Position numbers and translations under genes: made by a program
Source: a virus
Lineage: Duplodnaviria; Caudoviricetes
Direction: 5' to 3' (one strand)
IMG/VR virus record: IMGVR_UViG_3300007960_000027
Span: 1 to 57,039 of that record
Length of the DNA: 57,039 nucleotides
The notes under the pieces: generated by a model
What the model was told of the DNA's origin: nothing
Database searches by the model: none
Seen by the model: the letters and a program-made list of their open reading frames with translations, nothing else
In this document: positions 38,496 through 48,124 of the stretch, piece by piece
How the letters are laid out: each line of letters begins with the position of its first letter
How positions within the stretch are numbered: position 1 is the first letter of the stretch

Positions 38496-38943
38496 CGAAT
38501 CGCATCCTTTCGAGCATTTGGCGATGTACCAAGTTGGCCAAGTACAGGCTCCATAACGCCATCATAACACAAGCAGAAACATGTGACACCTCATCCCACA
38601 TGGTCATAGGCGTATGGCTCGGCATGTGCATCTTCATCTGCTCGGCGGTTCTGCTGTAGTAGACAAAGCCCTTCGGCACAGGTTCGTGCATGACGTAGAA
38701 TGACAGCACGCAGCACGACAGAAAGAAGTCAACAAGCAACGCCCGCTTGAGCCACCAGCGTGTCAACCACACGGTCGCAATCAAAACTGCAGCGGAGCTA
38801 CCCATCCATGCCCACAAGATTGAATCTGGCACCATGCCAGAAAACATGCCTGCGTAGGTGAATCCAACCATGGAAATGGCAATGTGTTGGGCTGGACCGT
38901 TCGCGCTTCGTATTGCGCGGTATGTGTCGTTAATTCCCGGCAT
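38482..38943 (-). CDS. multi-pass membrane protein
   Basis: about 4 hydrophobic segments; GGAGAGG RBS. Confidence 0.65.
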   Translation of the reverse strand: MPGINDTYRAIRSANGPAQHIAISMVGFTYAGMFSGMVPDSILWAWMGSSAAVLIATVWLTRWWLKRALLVDFFLSCCVLSFYVMHEPVPKGFVYYSRTAEQMKMHMPSHTPMTMWDEVSHVSACVMMALWSLYLANLVHRQMLERMRFDARL

Positions 38944-38951
38944 GACCTCTC

Positions 38952-39023
38952 CTACGGTACGATCTTCAACGTGCCCGCGTCATTCCAGACGGAACCAGAT
39001 TCAAGGCCAGTGGGTTCATACTG
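38952..39023 (-). pseudogene. orphan gene 3' end (QYEPTGLESGSVWNDAGTLKIVP*)
   Basis: startless frame homologous to the tail-fibre C-terminus GEVWNDGGTLKIVT. Confidence 0.6.
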
Positions 39024-39309
39024 TTACACTCACCGATCCGACCTGACCAGTCCCGGAAACGCCACGCACATGAGGCTTGTTGGGTAATGCGACCTTCAGG
39101 AACCCGTCCTGCTGAAAAACGGCCCCCGGTTCAAGGTTGTAGTCATCCGTCTGCAGGGCCGTGAACACCGTAAAGGTGTTTCGTCCCTCGCCGGGGTTTT
39201 GCATCTGTTCCAGATACCCGGAAAACGAACGCACAACTTCGGCGAGGTAAGCCTGCTGGTAGTGTGCTGGCGGGACTGGAAAGAACGGGCGGACAAGGTT
39301 GCGGGCCAT
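39016..39309 (-). CDS. small tail-associated virion protein
   Basis: 97 aa ORF coupled to the tail tube gene. Confidence 0.7.
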   Translation of the reverse strand: MARNLVRPFFPVPPAHYQQAYLAEVVRSFSGYLEQMQNPGEGRNTFTVFTALQTDDYNLEPGAVFQQDGFLKVALPNKPHVRGVSGTGQVGSVSVTV

Positions 39310-41399
39310 CAGCGCCTCCCGTCCGGCTTCATGTCGTACCGCAAGCTACCCAAGCGCCATGTCATACCTGTGTCCGCCGATTCCACGTAGACACTGAACT
39401 GCCGCCCACGCAGGCGCAGATTGACCTGCTCCGTGTCGGGGGTGACTGCATTGGTGACCGTTCGCAAGAAGCTTCCACCAGAGTAGTTTCGCACCCGGGT
39501 GGTCACATCAATCTCGGGCGTAGCCGCCGTCGAGTTTCGGAAGCTGACGTCAGGAATCATTCTGCTGACAAACGTGAATTGCTCCCCGTCACCCAAGTCC
39601 ATGGGGCTCGACCGTATGTAAGCCGTAATGGCCGCGGCCGGGGAACTGCTGCCGTCATCGAAACCGATCTCGTGGTTATACAAATAGCCGTCCGTGCCTG
39701 CAGCGATGGGGTACGCTTCGATTCCGCGGTCAACCCAGCATGTCCGTGCCATGGTGCCGTAGTACCACGTCTGCTCCGTGTAGTTGTACACCACATACCG
39801 ATCATTTTCAGAGCTGTCGGCCGATGGGTAGAACCACCAGACTTCGCTGTTCTCCGTGTTGAGGGCGGCGGTGATCTTCTCCATCTGGTTGGTGTTCATG
39901 TTATCGAACACGTAGTCTCGAACTGAACACGACACACGCTGGACTGCACCGTTATAGACGTAGAACTCCGTCTGCCCCATCCAATACACCTGATCACCCA
40001 CCGGCACCGCGCAGAGAGGACCAGCGATGGTCGTGTTCTCCGAGATCATCTGGATGCCAAAGGTAAAGGGCGGTCCAAGGTACTGCATCGCGTAAAGTGA
40101 GACATCAGTAAACACGGCGATCTGCTGGCGCGTTTCAATCGCCGTCACAATCTCGGACCCGGAGCCAAGACGCAAGTCCCCGGCGGTGTTGGTCACCGCA
40201 GTTTCCCAATCGGTCAACGACTCTTGATCCGAGAACCGGATGAGCAGCGGGTCTTGCACCCCGGGGTTGGTCTGGCTGTCACACCCGAAGACGATGATGT
40301 GGCGGTCCCTGTCCGAAACCAAGACCTGCTTTGCAACGGTCGGAGTATAGTTGGCCCCCGGCAGAGAACTCAGCGCTACCCCCCGGGTTCCGGTGCCAGT
40401 GGTCTTGTCCCAGTAATAGATACCTTCGTCCCGCACGTTGAACAACAGGTCTTCACCGAAGTTGTCGTGGCTCCAGATGCGCAGTGTCTGGCCCGCCGTG
40501 GCCAGCGAGTAGGAACTGCCCCACGCGCCTCGGGACCACGGGCCCGCGCCCCAGCCCGTGCCGGTGATGGTCGAGTCAAGGCCTGTGTTCAACTGGTACG
40601 CGCCAACAACACTGGCCCCGCCGTTCCCGCTGTCACTCGTCGTTGCAAATACGGGGGTCGGATCAAGTTCCCCACCGATAGTGATTGACGGAATGCTGGC
40701 AACCTCGCGGGCCAGCACATAGTAGGTGTCCACGTCTCGAACATGCGTGACCTGATATTCTTGGTTCAGCACGTCGGCGGTGATCTGGTCGCCCAAGCCT
40801 GTCGCACCCGAAAAGGTTACGAAGTCGTTGTCCAGCGCACCATGGGCGGTGTCGCTGACAGTGATCGTGGCACAGGTTACGCTTGCGGAAGCCGAATGTG
40901 TCGCGGCTACTGTGCCGTAGGTCCCACGAACACAGCCCAGCAGATTGTTCCCAGACACGCTGGCATACGTGATGATCTCGTTGTCGATCTTGATGACCCC
41001 CGTTTCCGGAAAACCGGTCGAACTGGTCAGCGAAATCGTTGTCTGCGAAGCGGTGATGTCCGCAGACAGCGTGTTTGCAGCGGCGGAAAAAGTCACGTCT
41101 CCGGCAACTGTCGTAGCGCGGACGGGGGTGATGTCATAGTATCCACCGCCCTCGTTGATGTAGTATTTCAGGTGCGTGCCGACGCCCAAATAGCGTTCGC
41201 CCGCCAAGGCCACCCAAGGATGCAGCGCGCGGCAGGTGCCCAGAAAGGTGGTGGAGGACAGCTTCAGCCATCCTCCGATCTTTTCCGGAAACCCAAACCG
41301 AAAGCGCACCTTGTCGCAATCATACCACCCGCCCTCGTTGGAGTAGGACGTGACCTCCCGGTTTATCCCGGGGCGAAACTGCAATTTGGTCAGTGGCAT
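39309..41399 (-). CDS. tail tubular/nozzle (P22 gp10 or TTPB-like) protein
   Basis: 696 aa beta-rich protein, IRFSDQE, EVWWFYPS, RLRGRQ; position. Confidence 0.7.
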   Translation of the reverse strand: MPLTKLQFRPGINREVTSYSNEGGWYDCDKVRFRFGFPEKIGGWLKLSSTTFLGTCRALHPWVALAGERYLGVGTHLKYYINEGGGYYDITPVRATTVAGDVTFSAAANTLSADITASQTTISLTSSTGFPETGVIKIDNEIITYASVSGNNLLGCVRGTYGTVAATHSASASVTCATITVSDTAHGALDNDFVTFSGATGLGDQITADVLNQEYQVTHVRDVDTYYVLAREVASIPSITIGGELDPTPVFATTSDSGNGGASVVGAYQLNTGLDSTITGTGWGAGPWSRGAWGSSYSLATAGQTLRIWSHDNFGEDLLFNVRDEGIYYWDKTTGTGTRGVALSSLPGANYTPTVAKQVLVSDRDRHIIVFGCDSQTNPGVQDPLLIRFSDQESLTDWETAVTNTAGDLRLGSGSEIVTAIETRQQIAVFTDVSLYAMQYLGPPFTFGIQMISENTTIAGPLCAVPVGDQVYWMGQTEFYVYNGAVQRVSCSVRDYVFDNMNTNQMEKITAALNTENSEVWWFYPSADSSENDRYVVYNYTEQTWYYGTMARTCWVDRGIEAYPIAAGTDGYLYNHEIGFDDGSSSPAAAITAYIRSSPMDLGDGEQFTFVSRMIPDVSFRNSTAATPEIDVTTRVRNYSGGSFLRTVTNAVTPDTEQVNLRLRGRQFSVYVESADTGMTWRLGSLRYDMKPDGRR

Positions 41400-41438
41400 C
41401 TGGATGACCTCGAAGTGGGGTTTACGTTGGCACCTTGC

Positions 41439-41741
41439 TTACCACGGCGTCCCGGTGGCGCTGACAGGGTTCTTCAGCGCGTCGATCTGTTCAGCCAGCC
41501 GTGCTTCTGTCTGCATTTTATCAACCTGACCCCAGACCCAGACGATTACCTCGTTCTCGGTTACCTGATCGTAAGGTGTGAAATCTGGTGCAGATGCGTC
41601 AGGGGCAAAACCGCAGGAGCCATAGGACCGCGCAGTGTAGTCACCATCAACAGCGATGCACTCCCAGTGCGCCACGGTGATGCCGCCAGTTGCCACTTCA
41701 TGTTCGCAAGTGACGATGTTCCAGTTGTATGTGATAGCCAT
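41439..41741 (-). CDS. tail fibre-associated protein
   Basis: FTPYDQVTE..V..WV and terminal PW; downstream of fibre. Confidence 0.65.
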   Translation of the reverse strand: MAITYNWNIVTCEHEVATGGITVAHWECIAVDGDYTARSYGSCGFAPDASAPDFTPYDQVTENEVIVWVWGQVDKMQTEARLAEQIDALKNPVSATGTPW

Positions 41742-41863
41742 TATTCAGTGTCCTTTTGGGCTGCGGCCTCAAGTTCAGCGATCTTCGCCTTGGCCTGTTG
41801 CAGTTCGATCATCAGTTGCAGTCGTTCTGCTGCATAATGTGCGATAATGTCATTCGGGTTCAT
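41741..41863 (-). CDS. small coiled-coil protein (40 aa, not in ORF track)
   Basis: AAGGA RBS, MNPNDIIAHY...KDTE, TAATG overlap. Confidence 0.6.
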   Translation of the reverse strand: MNPNDIIAHYAAERLQLMIELQQAKAKIAELEAAAQKDTE

Positions 41864-41873
41864 GTTATTTTCC

Positions 41874-43553
41874 TTATGTTACGATTTTCAGGGTGCCGCC
41901 GTCGTTCCAAACTTCACCTGTGATCAGACCTGCGGAGGATGTAGGCAAGCCAGTTATTCTGAGGGATATAGACCCACCATCAACGGCACGAACGATGAAG
42001 TCATCCGCTTCGAACACTGAAGTGTTGGGAAGCGTTGAGTGGGTCTCCCCGTAAAGCACCAGGTTCGCGCCGGTGGTGGTATTTGTCCCGCCAGTTAAAA
42101 CGATGCCGCCAGAGGTGTTGTTCTTCTTGACCGAAGGAGTGCTGCCCTCAAGGATTTGATTACCAACGACATGCAATACTTCAGTGGGGTTTGTAGTGCC
42201 GATGCCTACGTTGCCATTTGATTTGATTCTCATCCGCTCATTGGCCAAACCTGCGGTCGAGAAACGGAGGCTTTCATCCGAGGTGTCGAAGACAATAGCA
42301 CCGCGAGAAGAACCGACACCCTTCTCACCAAAGTAGATGTTTGCTGTTCCGTTAATGCCCGCACCAAGGGTCATGCCCACGTTGCCGTTGTTTTCTAGGA
42401 ACAACTCATCTGCATCTGCATTTGGGCCAAAGGCTACGTCTCCGCTGGAGACATGAAGCAAGGCATCCACGCTTGTAGTGCCGATACCGACGTTCCCGCC
42501 GGAGACAACAGTCATGGCATTGGCTGTGGCAGCAGTAGACCATGTGTGTGCGTCCGATGAGAACTTGTAAATCTCAGTGGTGTCGCGGTTAAACTTCCAC
42601 ACCCCCTGATCGTTCAAGAGTACGTAGTCAGCGCCAGAGTCTCGGATAAAAGACAGCTTTGGGGTTTGAGTTCCCCCGTCGGACTCAAGCCGGATTCGTT
42701 CACCTGTGGCCGTCTGCACTTCAAGAGGTGCCGCAGGGGTTATGGTCCCGATGCCTACCCGGTTGTTCGCGCTGTCCACATGCAGAGTGTTGGTGTCTAC
42801 GGTCAGATCGCCTGTAATGGTCCCCGAAGACGCGTTCAACGTTGTGAATGTCCCGGCCCCCGCAGAAGCCCCTCCAATGGTAACCCCGTCGATGGTGCCA
42901 CCGTTGATGTCAGTGGTCGTCAGCACGGAAGAACCCAGTGTTACAACACCTGTGGAGTTCGCGATACTGCCTGCAGCCACCCCGTCCTTGGCCTTGAGGT
43001 TCGTGACCTCGACGCTGGTGGTGTCCACGGTCGTAGCGTTGACCGTGCCCGTGTTCAGCGTAGTGTTGCTGATCGTGGTGATGGTCGCGGCATCCAGCGC
43101 CAAGTCCTCCAAGACCGCAGACACCACAGCACCCGTGCCGCCGCCGTCAAACTTGACGATGGCGTCCTTGCCTGCAGCAAGTACGAAATCGTTTGCGGCG
43201 TTGTACGTGCCCTGAAACAGGATCAGGTTGCGCGAACCAGACAGGCTGTTACGCACGTAGATGATCTTCTCCGCGTCGTCGGGCGTCAGCTGTACATACG
43301 CATCCGCACCGAGGTCCGCGCCGTCCGCGAAGATCACCAGCCGGTTCCGGCCATTCGAAGCGGCTCCGTCGCTGATTGGGAGCGTGTTCGGAGAGCCCGA
43401 GGTGCCAGCAGAGGCCAGCGTTACCGTGATCTGACCGTCAAGCGCCGCGTCGATAAGCGAAAGGTTGGTGTTCGTGGTGTCGCCCCACGTGCTGGACTGT
43501 TCACCAGTCCCGATGAGTTCGATACCGTTGTTCGTCGTGTATGTGCTAGGCAT
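41874..43553 (-). CDS. tail fibre protein
   Basis: GEQSSTWGDTTNTN N-terminus; repeated GNVGIGTT. Confidence 0.85.
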   Translation of the reverse strand: MPSTYTTNNGIELIGTGEQSSTWGDTTNTNLSLIDAALDGQITVTLASAGTSGSPNTLPISDGAASNGRNRLVIFADGADLGADAYVQLTPDDAEKIIYVRNSLSGSRNLILFQGTYNAANDFVLAAGKDAIVKFDGGGTGAVVSAVLEDLALDAATITTISNTTLNTGTVNATTVDTTSVEVTNLKAKDGVAAGSIANSTGVVTLGSSVLTTTDINGGTIDGVTIGGASAGAGTFTTLNASSGTITGDLTVDTNTLHVDSANNRVGIGTITPAAPLEVQTATGERIRLESDGGTQTPKLSFIRDSGADYVLLNDQGVWKFNRDTTEIYKFSSDAHTWSTAATANAMTVVSGGNVGIGTTSVDALLHVSSGDVAFGPNADADELFLENNGNVGMTLGAGINGTANIYFGEKGVGSSRGAIVFDTSDESLRFSTAGLANERMRIKSNGNVGIGTTNPTEVLHVVGNQILEGSTPSVKKNNTSGGIVLTGGTNTTTGANLVLYGETHSTLPNTSVFEADDFIVRAVDGGSISLRITGLPTSSAGLITGEVWNDGGTLKIVT

Positions 43554-43564
43554 GGGTTAAATCC

Positions 43565-44332
43565 TTATGCAGCGTTCGGGAGCCAGCCGGGGGCCTGCGT
43601 CGGCGCGGTCTCGCCCCAGCCAGCTGCTTGTTCAGGTTCAGTGAGAGTATACCCCGGAGACTGCGTTGCGGCAATCGCTGCCCACCCCGGGGTTTGTGCA
43701 GGGACAGTTTCGCCGTAGCCCGGTGTCTGATCGGGGACGATGTTGCCCCAGACAAGCGCAAATCCAACCTCGCCGGTAGCCTCCACGCCTGTGACGGAGA
43801 CAACGGCGGGTGCATCAACGAGTACAGCGCCGACGGATGCGGCGGCAGACAACCCAGAAACCGGAGTAACCGCCTGTGCCGAAGCGACCGCAGTGCCTAC
43901 AGCGCCTGTGCCTGCCACGCCAGTGACGGAGACGTCGATGTCTTGAGTGGCAAGTGCAACGCCAACCTCGCCGGTAGCCTCTACACCCGTGACTGGGACG
44001 TTGGCGGCAGCATCGACAGCTACACTGCCGACAACACCGTTTGATGCCACGCCAGTGACACCAACGACAGCTTTCGCGTCAACGGATACAGAACCGGAAG
44101 CGCCTGCACCTGCTACACCCGTGACTGGGACGTTGGCAGCAGCATCGACAGCTACACTGCCAACCTGCCCAACGGTGACAACTCCAGTAACGCCGACAAC
44201 GGCTTTCGCGTCAACGGATACAGAACCTACGGCCCCCGCAGCGCCTGCGTTGGTGACGGAACCGGTGTTCCAGCCGAGTTGACCCCACGTCCCTCGGCCC
44301 CAGCCGGTGAAAGGGACGACGGCGTCGGTCAC
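43565..44332 (-). CDS. virion protein with VTGV repeats
   Basis: GWGRGTWG start, about 22-aa Val/Gly/Ala repeats. Confidence 0.7.
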   Translation of the reverse strand: MTDAVVPFTGWGRGTWGQLGWNTGSVTNAGAAGAVGSVSVDAKAVVGVTGVVTVGQVGSVAVDAAANVPVTGVAGAGASGSVSVDAKAVVGVTGVASNGVVGSVAVDAAANVPVTGVEATGEVGVALATQDIDVSVTGVAGTGAVGTAVASAQAVTPVSGLSAAASVGAVLVDAPAVVSVTGVEATGEVGFALVWGNIVPDQTPGYGETVPAQTPGWAAIAATQSPGYTLTEPEQAAGWGETAPTQAPGWLPNAA

Positions 44333-44333
44333 G

Positions 44334-44780
44334 TCATGCGACCCTTACGATAGCGTTCGAAGCGTCAGCGGTCGGGAAAACGATGGTGAAGTCGCCTGCC
44401 GTGGACGTTTTGTCCGCGCCGAAGTCCAGTACGGCCACGGTCTCCGTGGTGCCGCTGCCACCACCGGTCGTGGTGTTGTAGATCAACGCGCCCCGCGCCG
44501 TGATCGTCGCGGTCGAGAACACAAGGTCCGCGAAGTCCGCGAAGGCCGTGGTGCCGCTGGTTGTCGGCGTGACATTGGTCAGCGTGCCGCCGCCAGCAGA
44601 GTACCCTGTGCCAGAAATCTCGTTCGTGGCCGTGTAGTCCGTGGTCGCAGCCGTGAACGACGCGTTGTTGTCGTACAGTGCGAGTTTGAACGTGTGGCCC
44701 GTGCTGGCCGTAAAGTCGTGCTTCGCCTGCAGAATCTCCTGCTTGAAGGAGGTGCAGAGAAAATTTCCGGTAAACGCCAT
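44334..44780 (-). CDS. conserved virion structural protein
   Basis: CTSFKQEIL, FKLALY, GYSAGG, VLDFG. Confidence 0.75.
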   Translation of the reverse strand: MAFTGNFLCTSFKQEILQAKHDFTASTGHTFKLALYDNNASFTAATTDYTATNEISGTGYSAGGGTLTNVTPTTSGTTAFADFADLVFSTATITARGALIYNTTTGGGSGTTETVAVLDFGADKTSTAGDFTIVFPTADASNAIVRVA

Positions 44781-44781
44781 T

Positions 44782-45045
44782 TTATAGCCTCCGTATCAAG
44801 TCAGCGAGGGCCGGATGGCCTGCGTCTGTCAGGGCATTGTATACCGTAGTTCGGTCACTCTGAACAGCCTCGCGCAAGTAGTGTATTAGCGCCGCTTCGA
44901 TCTGGCCCTGAAAAGCCTTGGCCTGATCCCGAATGACCGGTGGTGCCGTCTCGGAGATACCGACGATCCTGCGGGCCGCGCGGGCCGCGATCTCTTCCGG
45001 CGTATTTCCCCGGCCGTTCGTGGTATGGACCTCGACCTGAATCAT
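44782..45045 (-). CDS. hypothetical protein
   Basis: 87 aa, translationally coupled. Confidence 0.7.
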   Translation of the reverse strand: MIQVEVHTTNGRGNTPEEIAARAARRIVGISETAPPVIRDQAKAFQGQIEAALIHYLREAVQSDRTTVYNALTDAGHPALADLIRRL

Positions 45046-45689
45046 GTGCGCGGTGTCCTAAGTTGGCCGCCACGGAAGTCGGTGGTCGACTCAAGCCCCT
45101 CGCCGAAATTCTTCATCCGCGTCAGCGCCTCCACGAACCGGTCGTTATACAGGGCAAGCAGATCAGGCTCGCCTTTCATAAACGTGTACGCCTCGACCAG
45201 CGATCCGTAGAGCAGCGCCATTTCGGCATTCTGACTCAACCACGTCGTCCCACTGTCCGCACCGGAAGTCAGGCTGGCAGGACGATACAAGTAGTGCAGG
45301 TCCACCGTGTAAGACGCGTCCGGCACCGGAGCCACAAGGAAGTTATCGACATCGAACTGCGCAAAATACTTGGGTTGAGCCGTATCCGCAGTGTCAGGGT
45401 ATGCCTCCTGCAAAAAGTCCAGCTGCTTGAAATCCAGAAAGACCTTGTCCCCAGAGACGGTCAAACTCAAAGACAGCGGGCTGAGAAAGTCTGCAGGAGC
45501 CGCGAGGTACTGATTGCCACTGGTCAAGGTGCCGCTGACGTTCTTTTGAAACAGGTTCAGCCGGATGTTCTTGAGGAGCCGTTCTTCCGCCAGTCGAATG
45601 AACACAGGCAGGCTGCTGACGAAGGTAGCCTCGTCATACTGGCAGTAGTCCTGAATGGCCTGTTTCAGTTCGCCGTAGGTGAAGCTCAT
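45042..45689 (-). CDS. head-tail adaptor / tail tubular A-like protein
   Basis: TY.EL..AI, APVPD..Y, TTWLS, LLYGSLVEA. Confidence 0.7.
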   Translation of the reverse strand: MSFTYGELKQAIQDYCQYDEATFVSSLPVFIRLAEERLLKNIRLNLFQKNVSGTLTSGNQYLAAPADFLSPLSLSLTVSGDKVFLDFKQLDFLQEAYPDTADTAQPKYFAQFDVDNFLVAPVPDASYTVDLHYLYRPASLTSGADSGTTWLSQNAEMALLYGSLVEAYTFMKGEPDLLALYNDRFVEALTRMKNFGEGLESTTDFRGGQLRTPRT

Positions 45690-45692
45690 GGG

Positions 45693-45959
45693 TTACGCCT
45701 TGCTGTACTTGCCGCCCCGGGTGGCCGCACCCATCCCGCGGCACATGCCGCCGGACTTCTTCTTGACGACGCCGCCGGACTTCTTCTTTTTGGCGAAGTC
45801 CTCGTAGTCCTGACCTTCCATCTGCGCCGCGCGGTTACCGCGCGCAACCGCTCCGGCCTCGTCAAAACGCTGCTTCAGATCGGCCGGTCGCGCCTTGGGA
45901 CGCTTGGACTTCATAACACCGGGGCGGGCCTTGGGGCGCTTGGACTTCATCGGGGCCAT
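45693..45959 (-). CDS. small basic protein
   Basis: GGAGAG RBS; MKSKRPKARP twice, KKKSGG twice. Confidence 0.65.
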   Translation of the reverse strand: MAPMKSKRPKARPGVMKSKRPKARPADLKQRFDEAGAVARGNRAAQMEGQDYEDFAKKKKSGGVVKKKSGGMCRGMGAATRGGKYSKA

Positions 45960-45960
45960 T

Positions 45961-46284
45961 TTACTCTCCATCCGTGGTGGTGACTGTGACGGTTCCAACA
46001 GAACCTACCATATACTGGGCGGGGTTGCCTACTGGCTTCCACCCCCACAGCGCCCGGCTCTCCTGCAGAGAGGTATCGGGGCGGGGGTCCACAAGAGACT
46101 GTGGGTCGAACACCTTAACGCGACCAAGAAAATTCTGGGGGTGATCGGGATCGACGACATCCTTGCCGACGCGCATACCTGTCTTAACGCCGTCCTTGTA
46201 CTCCCACACAAGTTCAGCAAGCGGGTACCGAAACCCCGTCTTATCGCAATATCCGTAAGCGTACTTTCCAGCGGCTCGGGCCAT
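45961..46284 (-). CDS. conserved phage protein
   Basis: CDKTGFRYPL, DPDHPQ, DPRPD. Confidence 0.75.
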   Translation of the reverse strand: MARAAGKYAYGYCDKTGFRYPLAELVWEYKDGVKTGMRVGKDVVDPDHPQNFLGRVKVFDPQSLVDPRPDTSLQESRALWGWKPVGNPAQYMVGSVGTVTVTTTDGE

Positions 46285-46955
46285 TAGAACGTCCCCATGT
46301 AAGGAACAAACCGAACCGAAGACCGGTCTTCGTCCTCCCCCGCAGCCAGCTCAAACTGTTGTTCGTATTCGGCTTTCAGCGCAGCGGCCCGGGATATAGC
46401 CTCCGGCTTCTTCATGGCGACGTGATACGCCAGTCCGGAAACCAGAGCTGGAATAAACCGAGGAGGCACCGCGGCCGAGGTCCCCACGCCCGAGGCCAAG
46501 CCGTCGATGCCTTTGAGGCGATAGTACAGCAGGGTGTACGCTGTGGTGGTGTCCGGGACCGGCCACAGCGTAATAGTGACATCACTGGCGTTGCGAGCGA
46601 CGTAAATTTGTGTCGGACGCCCCGCGGTGTTCTTGTTGGTCTGCTGGGCGTAAGTAGAAACGCTGACACGCTCCAGTGATGTATCGACCTGATTGACCCC
46701 GCTACCGGTTCGCAGCTGATGTTCAATCAAATCAATGGTATCGGCCGGCATCGTGTACGACGCCGTACCCGCCGTTAGCACCTGTGTTCCGGAGTCGATA
46801 GTGAACAGGTTCAACCCGCGATTCTGCCACTCCAGCGTCAGAAGGTTGAGGCTCCTCCGGGCGGTCTTCACATCATACCCAGAGCGCATGGATAGACCTG
46901 CCCGTTCGTAGGCCTCTTCAAACAGCTCCGCGATGTCAGGCACAATCACAGCCAT
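46284..46955 (-). CDS. head-tail adaptor (P22 gp4-like)
   Basis: EEAYERAG, ARRSLN, WQNRG, GRPTQ, WPVPD, GLAY. Confidence 0.7.
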   Translation of the reverse strand: MAVIVPDIAELFEEAYERAGLSMRSGYDVKTARRSLNLLTLEWQNRGLNLFTIDSGTQVLTAGTASYTMPADTIDLIEHQLRTGSGVNQVDTSLERVSVSTYAQQTNKNTAGRPTQIYVARNASDVTITLWPVPDTTTAYTLLYYRLKGIDGLASGVGTSAAVPPRFIPALVSGLAYHVAMKKPEAISRAAALKAEYEQQFELAAGEDEDRSSVRFVPYMGTF

Positions 46956-47209
46956 CAGGTCTTCTTCCTATGTCGGGCAGTCTTCTTCGCAACGGTCTTA
47001 GGTTGCTTGGAGAACTGCTTTCCCTTCTTTGTGTCCTCGCGTTTCTTGCGAGATGTTGCTGCGTATTCAGACGCAGACAAAGATTTGATCGCCTTTTCGG
47101 GCAGGTACCGTTCGCCTGTAGCCTTGGGGCCTTGCGTGGAGGGCTTACCAGACTTGGTGCGCCACTTCTGATTTGTCCACGCTTTCAGAGACTTCTGTGG
47201 GGCCTTCAC
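46955..47209 (-). CDS. small basic protein (DUF5872-like C-terminal half)
   Basis: GTG start; QKSLKAWTNQKW, RYLPEKA, GKQF. Confidence 0.65.
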   Translation of the reverse strand: MKAPQKSLKAWTNQKWRTKSGKPSTQGPKATGERYLPEKAIKSLSASEYAATSRKKREDTKKGKQFSKQPKTVAKKTARHRKKT

Positions 47210-47523
47210 GATTTGTACCCCCCGCCCTTGGCCTTGTACTGCTTGGCGAGCATTTGGGCCTTGCGCGCAGACCACTGCCCGGGCTTGCCCCCTTTGCCGC
47301 CTGCCTTGATGCTTTCAAACAAACTCTTGCGCATCCCGGGCTTCGTGTAGTTACCAGACTCGTTGACCCGACTTTCGGTTTTACCTCCAGTCTTCATAGA
47401 CTTCGCGACCTTGTACCCAGACGCGTAAGCGGCACGGCCCTGCCGTTCAGCGGCGGCTTTGGTCTTGTAGACCTTGCCCTTGCTACCCCACTTGTAGCCT
47501 CCGGGTACTTTCGTAACCGGCAT
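47206..47523 (-). CDS. small basic protein (DUF5872-like N-terminal half)
   Basis: YTKP, GGKPGQWSARKAQ, YKAKGGGY. Confidence 0.7.
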   Translation of the reverse strand: MPVTKVPGGYKWGSKGKVYKTKAAAERQGRAAYASGYKVAKSMKTGGKTESRVNESGNYTKPGMRKSLFESIKAGGKGGKPGQWSARKAQMLAKQYKAKGGGYKS

Positions 47524-47828
47524 TACCGCATGGTCCCCTTGGTCTTTCCACGCTGACAGCAGCCGTCCCCACGGACGCGCCCTCCAGCTTTCATCGGTCG
47601 AGCTTTCCGCATAAGCGGGGCAGCGTCTTTGCGAGGGGTCCGGGCCTTAGCCGCGGCGGCGGCCTGCGCGACCGCCTGCTCCATAGCCTGCCTGCCAGCC
47701 TGTGGTACGGCAGCGTAATTACCCTCGGCGTCAGGCATCATGCCGCCAGCCTGCATCTTTTTGGTGCCCTTGCAGTTCATGCGATTTCCTTTCATCTGGC
47801 TGCCCATCTGGGCGCGCGAAATAGCCAT
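47523..47828 (-). CDS. small basic protein
   Basis: MAISRAQ start, MQAGG, MKAGG, RGDGCCQRGKTKG. Confidence 0.7.
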   Translation of the reverse strand: MAISRAQMGSQMKGNRMNCKGTKKMQAGGMMPDAEGNYAAVPQAGRQAMEQAVAQAAAAAKARTPRKDAAPLMRKARPMKAGGRVRGDGCCQRGKTKGTMR

Positions 47829-48124
47829 CAGCACTTCCAGCGCTTGCGCGCCTGCCTCAGTCGGCTGTTTGGGTCCTTGGCGGCCTTGGGGAACTGCTTC
47901 GTCTGCCCAGCGGAGCGTGCGCAGAACGACTTACGCCGCTTGGCCCGCTTGCCCGTTGGGTTGTCTTCGGTCACCGCGGTTTGCAGCTTGGACCCCGGGT
48001 TTTTCTTGCGGTACGCGGCAACGCCTTTTTTGGTCATGCCTGCGCCCTCGGAGGTCTTCCGGTAGTTTGCGCCTTTGCCCTTTGTGGTACGGGCGATAGG
48101 CTTGTCACGTTTCTTTTCAGCCAT
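47828..48124 (-). CDS. DUF6321-like basic protein
   Basis: NPGSKL, RRKSFCAR, DPNSRL, RWKC. Confidence 0.7.
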   Translation of the reverse strand: MAEKKRDKPIARTTKGKGANYRKTSEGAGMTKKGVAAYRKKNPGSKLQTAVTEDNPTGKRAKRRKSFCARSAGQTKQFPKAAKDPNSRLRQARKRWKC

